DNA of 64,000 nucleotides from Burkholderiales bacterium. Lineage in GTDB: Bacteria; Pseudomonadota; Gammaproteobacteria; Burkholderiales; SG8-41. Shown in pieces: positions 61,108 through 64,000 of the stretch. The translations under genes and the position numbers were made by a program. Each line of letters opens with the position of its first letter. The first letter of the stretch is position 1. The notes below the pieces were generated by a model. That model saw only the letters and a list, made by a program, of their open reading frames with translations, had not been told where the DNA came from and made no database searches. The stretch lies in assembly GCA_035525455.1 (NCBI GenBank), contig DATLEF010000050.1:7108-71107 (forward strand), given 5' to 3'.

Positions 61108-61524
61108 ATGAAAGTCCGCATCAAATGGATCGAGGACGTCGCGTTCGTGGGTGAATCCGAAAGCGGTCACGCGCTCGTCATGGACGGCGCACCTGAAGGC
61201 GGCGGGCGCAACATCGGCCCGCGCCCCATGGAGACCGTTCTGATCGGAACCGGCGGCTGCACCGCCTATGATGTGATGCATATCCTGCGTAAAGCGCGCG
61301 CCGCCGTGTCCGATTGCGTTGTCGAGATCGATGCCGAGCGCGCCGCGGAAGATCCGAAAGTCTTTACCCGAATTCATTTTCATTTTGTCGTGACCGGAAC
61401 GGGACTCCGGCCACAACAGATCGAGCGCGCGATTCATCTATCTGCCGAAAAATACTGTTCGGCTTCGATCATGCTGGCTAAAACCGCAGCGATCACTCAC
61501 GATTTCGAAATACGGGAAGCGTAG
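61108..61524 (+). CDS. OsmC family peroxiredoxin-like protein
   Basis: 138 aa from MKVRIKWIED (61108) inside the listed 347-aa ORF. It has two conserved Cys blocks (GTGGCTAYDV and EKYCSAS) typical of OsmC/Ohr-fold proteins. Confidence 0.85.
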   Translation: MKVRIKWIEDVAFVGESESGHALVMDGAPEGGGRNIGPRPMETVLIGTGGCTAYDVMHILRKARAAVSDCVVEIDAERAAEDPKVFTRIHFHFVVTGTGLRPQQIERAIHLSAEKYCSASIMLAKTAAITHDFEIREA

Positions 61525-61576
61525 GACAAACGCATCAGCGCCGTACGACCCACCGCAGCCCACAACTCGTTGCGGC

Positions 61577-62203
61577 TCAAATCCAATACGACGTGCGCGT
61601 CATCACAGCCGAGGCAAGCCGCATCATGGCACGCGCCGGAAGCGGGAGCTCGGCGCCTCCGTAGCGCAATGCCGTCGTTGCGTGGCGCGCCTCGTCGAGC
61701 CGCATTTCGGAAAGGATCGCGCGGCTCTTATCATCTTCGGCCGGCAACTCGCGCAAGTGCCCATCGAGATGGTCTACGACCTGCCGCTCCGTTTCCGCAA
61801 GAAATCCCAAGCTCCAGCGATCGCCCAGCAGACCTGCGGCCGCACCGAGTGCAAACGACCCGGCGTACCACAGCGGATTTAGCAGACTTTTGCGGCCGCA
61901 GAGCTCGTTTATGCGGCTTTCGGTCCAGGCGAGATGCTCGATCTCCTCCTGCGCCGCGCGCTCTAGCGCCGTCTGGGCCTGCGAGCTGCGCGCGGTCAGC
62001 GCCTGTCCCTGATAGAGCGCCTGCGCGCACACTTCTCCGGTGTGATTCACGCGCATCAATGCGGCAGCATGCTCGCGCTGCGGCGCGCCCAGTCCGGTGT
62101 CCGGAAGATCATCGCCCGGAACGCGTCGAGCGCTCGTGGAACCGCCGAAAACAGTTCGCAAACCGCGGTCGATGCTGACGATCAGACGATCGATATCCAT
62201 CAT
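61577..62203 (-). CDS. coq7: Demethoxyubiquinone hydroxylase Coq7 (di-iron carboxylate)
   Basis: Start at MMDIDRLIV (62203). It has the di-iron ExxH motifs EEIEH and DEARH plus RVNHTGEVCAQALY, typical of bacterial Coq7. Confidence 0.9.
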   Translation of the reverse strand: MMDIDRLIVSIDRGLRTVFGGSTSARRVPGDDLPDTGLGAPQREHAAALMRVNHTGEVCAQALYQGQALTARSSQAQTALERAAQEEIEHLAWTESRINELCGRKSLLNPLWYAGSFALGAAAGLLGDRWSLGFLAETERQVVDHLDGHLRELPAEDDKSRAILSEMRLDEARHATTALRYGGAELPLPARAMMRLASAVMTRTSYWI

Positions 62204-62283
62204 GCGATTCTCCCATTCGCTTGTCGAAGCGGCGCGAGCACGGCGTTGGGCCCGCAGCACAGCGACTTAAGCGGCGTGCACTT

Positions 62284-63072
62284 CTACGCAAACAACCGTT
62301 CGAGCTCGGCGCCCGGGTCTTCTACCCTCATAAACGCCTCACCCACCAGGAAACAGGATACGCGCTGCCGGCGCATCTGAAGCACGTCGTCAGGTCTCAA
62401 TATGCCGCTTTCCGTAACTACGAGCCGATCGGAGGGGACGCGCCCGAGCAGCTCGAGCGTCGTCTCGAGGCGCGTCTCGAATGTGCGCAGATTGCGGTTG
62501 TTGATACCGATCAGCCGTGTTTTGAGCTCGAGCGCGCGTTCGAGCTCGCCGGCATCGTGCACTTCGACAAGCACTGAAAGCGAGAGCTCCTGCGCGACGG
62601 CTTCGAGCTCGTGCATTTTCGCCGGCTCGAGTGCGGCGGCGATCAGCAGAACACAGTCGGCGCCGGCCGCCCGCGCCTCAAAGATCTGATACGGGTCGAT
62701 CACGAAATCCTTGCGCAGCACCGGCAAACGGCACGCTTGCCGCGCGAGCGTCAGATCCTCGAGCCTGCCCTGAAAAAATTGTGCATCGGTCAGCACCGAG
62801 AGACACGCGGCACCCGAGCGCTCATAGCTGCGCGCGATCGCTGCAGGATCGAAACGTTCGCGCAACAGGCCTTTGCTCGGGCTGGCCTTCTTGATTTCGG
62901 CGATCACGGCCGCTGCTCCAGCCTCAATTTTGGCGCGCAATGCGCCCACGAAGTCACGCACCGGGTCCGCTCGACGCGCCGCTGCCATGATGTCGGCCCG
63001 CGGCCGCGCAGAAGAAGCTGCTGCGACTTCGGCGGCCTTCACCGCGAGGATGCGTTCGAGTATGCCGCTCAC
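62284..63072 (-). CDS. trpC: Indole-3-glycerol phosphate synthase
   Basis: 262-aa ORF with [32 protein letters not shown] and NNRNL blocks characteristic of TrpC. Confidence 0.95.
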   Translation of the reverse strand: MSGILERILAVKAAEVAAASSARPRADIMAAARRADPVRDFVGALRAKIEAGAAAVIAEIKKASPSKGLLRERFDPAAIARSYERSGAACLSVLTDAQFFQGRLEDLTLARQACRLPVLRKDFVIDPYQIFEARAAGADCVLLIAAALEPAKMHELEAVAQELSLSVLVEVHDAGELERALELKTRLIGINNRNLRTFETRLETTLELLGRVPSDRLVVTESGILRPDDVLQMRRQRVSCFLVGEAFMRVEDPGAELERLFA

Positions 63073-63080
63073 GGGTGAGC

Positions 63081-64000
63081 TCAGAGTGCGCGCGTACAGT
63101 TCACGAACTCGTCGACCTTGCGGCGCGCTTCACCGCTTTCGATCGTGGCGAGCGCACGCTTGACGCCATCGGCGAAAGTGCCGGCGAGGCCCGCGACGTA
63201 GATACTGGCGCCCGCGTTCAACGCGACCACGTCGCGCGCGGGGCCGTGCTCGTTTGCGAGCGCGGCGAGCAGCATCGCTTTCGATTCGTCGACCGTGGCG
63301 ACGCGTATCGTCTGCAGGTCGGCCGGCTTCAATCCAAAATCCTGCGGCGTAATCGTGTACTCCTCGATCCGCCCGTCGCGCAGCTCGGCGACCAGCGTGG
63401 GACCGCTCGGAGAGATTTCGTCGAGACCTTCGGTGCCGTGCACGATTATCACGCGCCGGCTTCCCAGCCGCTGCAGCACGCGCGCCTGAATCCCAACGAG
63501 ATCGGGATGAAAAACGCCCATCACCTGTTGCTTCGCGCCGGCCGGATTGGTGAGCGGTCCGAGGATATTGAAAAGCGTCTTCACCCCCAGCTCCCTGCGC
63601 ACCGGCGCCGCATGTTTCATCGCGCTGTGGTGATTCGGGGCGAACATGAAGCCGATCCCCGAGCGGGCAATCGTGCTTGCGACCTGGTCCGGCTTGAGAT
63701 TGATGTTTGCGCCGAGCGCTTCGAGCACGTCCGCGCTGCCCGATTTGCTCGACACCGAGCGTCCGCCGTGCTTCGCGATCTTCGCTCCGGCCGCAGCCGC
63801 GACGAACATGGCCGCCGTCGAGATATTGAACGTATGCGCGGAGTCGCCGCCTGTCCCGCAGGTGTCGATCAAAGTGGGCTCGTCAGGCACAGGCACGCGC
63901 GTTGCGAACTCGCGCATCACCTCGGCCGCCGCGGCGATCTCTCCGATCGTCTCCTTCTTTACGCGCAGCCCTATCAATATCGCGGCGATCAGGATCGGCG
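63081..64000 (-). CDS. trpD: Anthranilate phosphoribosyltransferase, 3' part (5' end lies beyond the right edge)
   Basis: It has the motifs DTCGTGGDS and [21 protein letters not shown]. The reading frame stays open upstream of the listed Met (63977) to the window edge, and TrpD is normally about 340 aa. Confidence 0.93.
   Translation of the reverse strand, partial: PILIAAILIGLRVKKETIGEIAAAAEVMREFATRVPVPDEPTLIDTCGTGGDSAHTFNISTAAMFVAAAAGAKIAKHGGRSVSSKSGSADVLEALGANINLKPDQVASTIARSGIGFMFAPNHHSAMKHAAPVRRELGVKTLFNILGPLTNPAGAKQQVMGVFHPDLVGIQARVLQRLGSRRVIIVHGTEGLDEISPSGPTLVAELRDGRIEEYTITPQDFGLKPADLQTIRVATVDESKAMLLAALANEHGPARDVVALNAGASIYVAGLAGTFADGVKRALATIESGEARRKVDEFVNCTRAL

Overview
This is a visibly high-GC, gene-dense chromosomal core segment of a proteobacterium. 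Gene content and order look beta-proteobacterial or Burkholderiales-like (Bug/TctC-family binding protein, Coq7, short type-2 TyrRS, rsmI<>yraN-diaA-BON cluster), but the taxon cannot be proven from this window.

- nt 1-16.9k: the complete dcw division/cell-wall cluster lies on the minus strand (mraZ-rsmH-ftsL-ftsI-murE-murF-mraY-murD-ftsW-murG-murC-murB-ddl-ftsQ-ftsA-ftsZ 5' part). Almost every junction is a 4-nt ATGA/GTGA overlap. Upstream is a good sigma70-type promoter with three 10-bp-phased GTGGG (MraZ-box-like) repeats.
- nt 17.15-17.58k: RNase P RNA.
- nt 17.6-36.6k: housekeeping and accessory genes (pyrC, rsmI, yraN, diaA-like, DolP-like BON lipoprotein, hldC, coaX, birA, S51 peptidase, Bug protein, glnS, FGase-family protein, GGDEF cyclase, four oxidoreductases, ettA).
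- nt 36.7-46.3k: a secreted hydrolase-like protein coupled to an LLM oxidoreductase, two small envelope proteins, and the most unusual gene in the window, a 1904-aa tandem UvrA-UvrA fusion with four ATPase sites.
- nt 46.3-64k: pirin, pdxH, pit/DUF47, a SWIB-domain protein, two msrA paralogues (one secreted), an uncharacterised helical protein <> XRE-regulator pair, fbp, tyrS, M23 peptidase, erpA, a bactofilin operon, argC, rpsI-rplM, osmC, coq7, trpC and the 3' part of trpD.

I saw no CRISPR, tRNA, rRNA, transposase, integrase, phage or recognisable defence/toxin genes. Apart from the fused UvrA, a small conserved hairpin-repeat family and a few uncharacterised gene pairs, this is an ordinary core region, and I do not claim a new system with confidence. 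Many long ORFs in the track are antisense or out-of-frame shadows typical of high-GC DNA, and several real genes start well inside the listed ORF.
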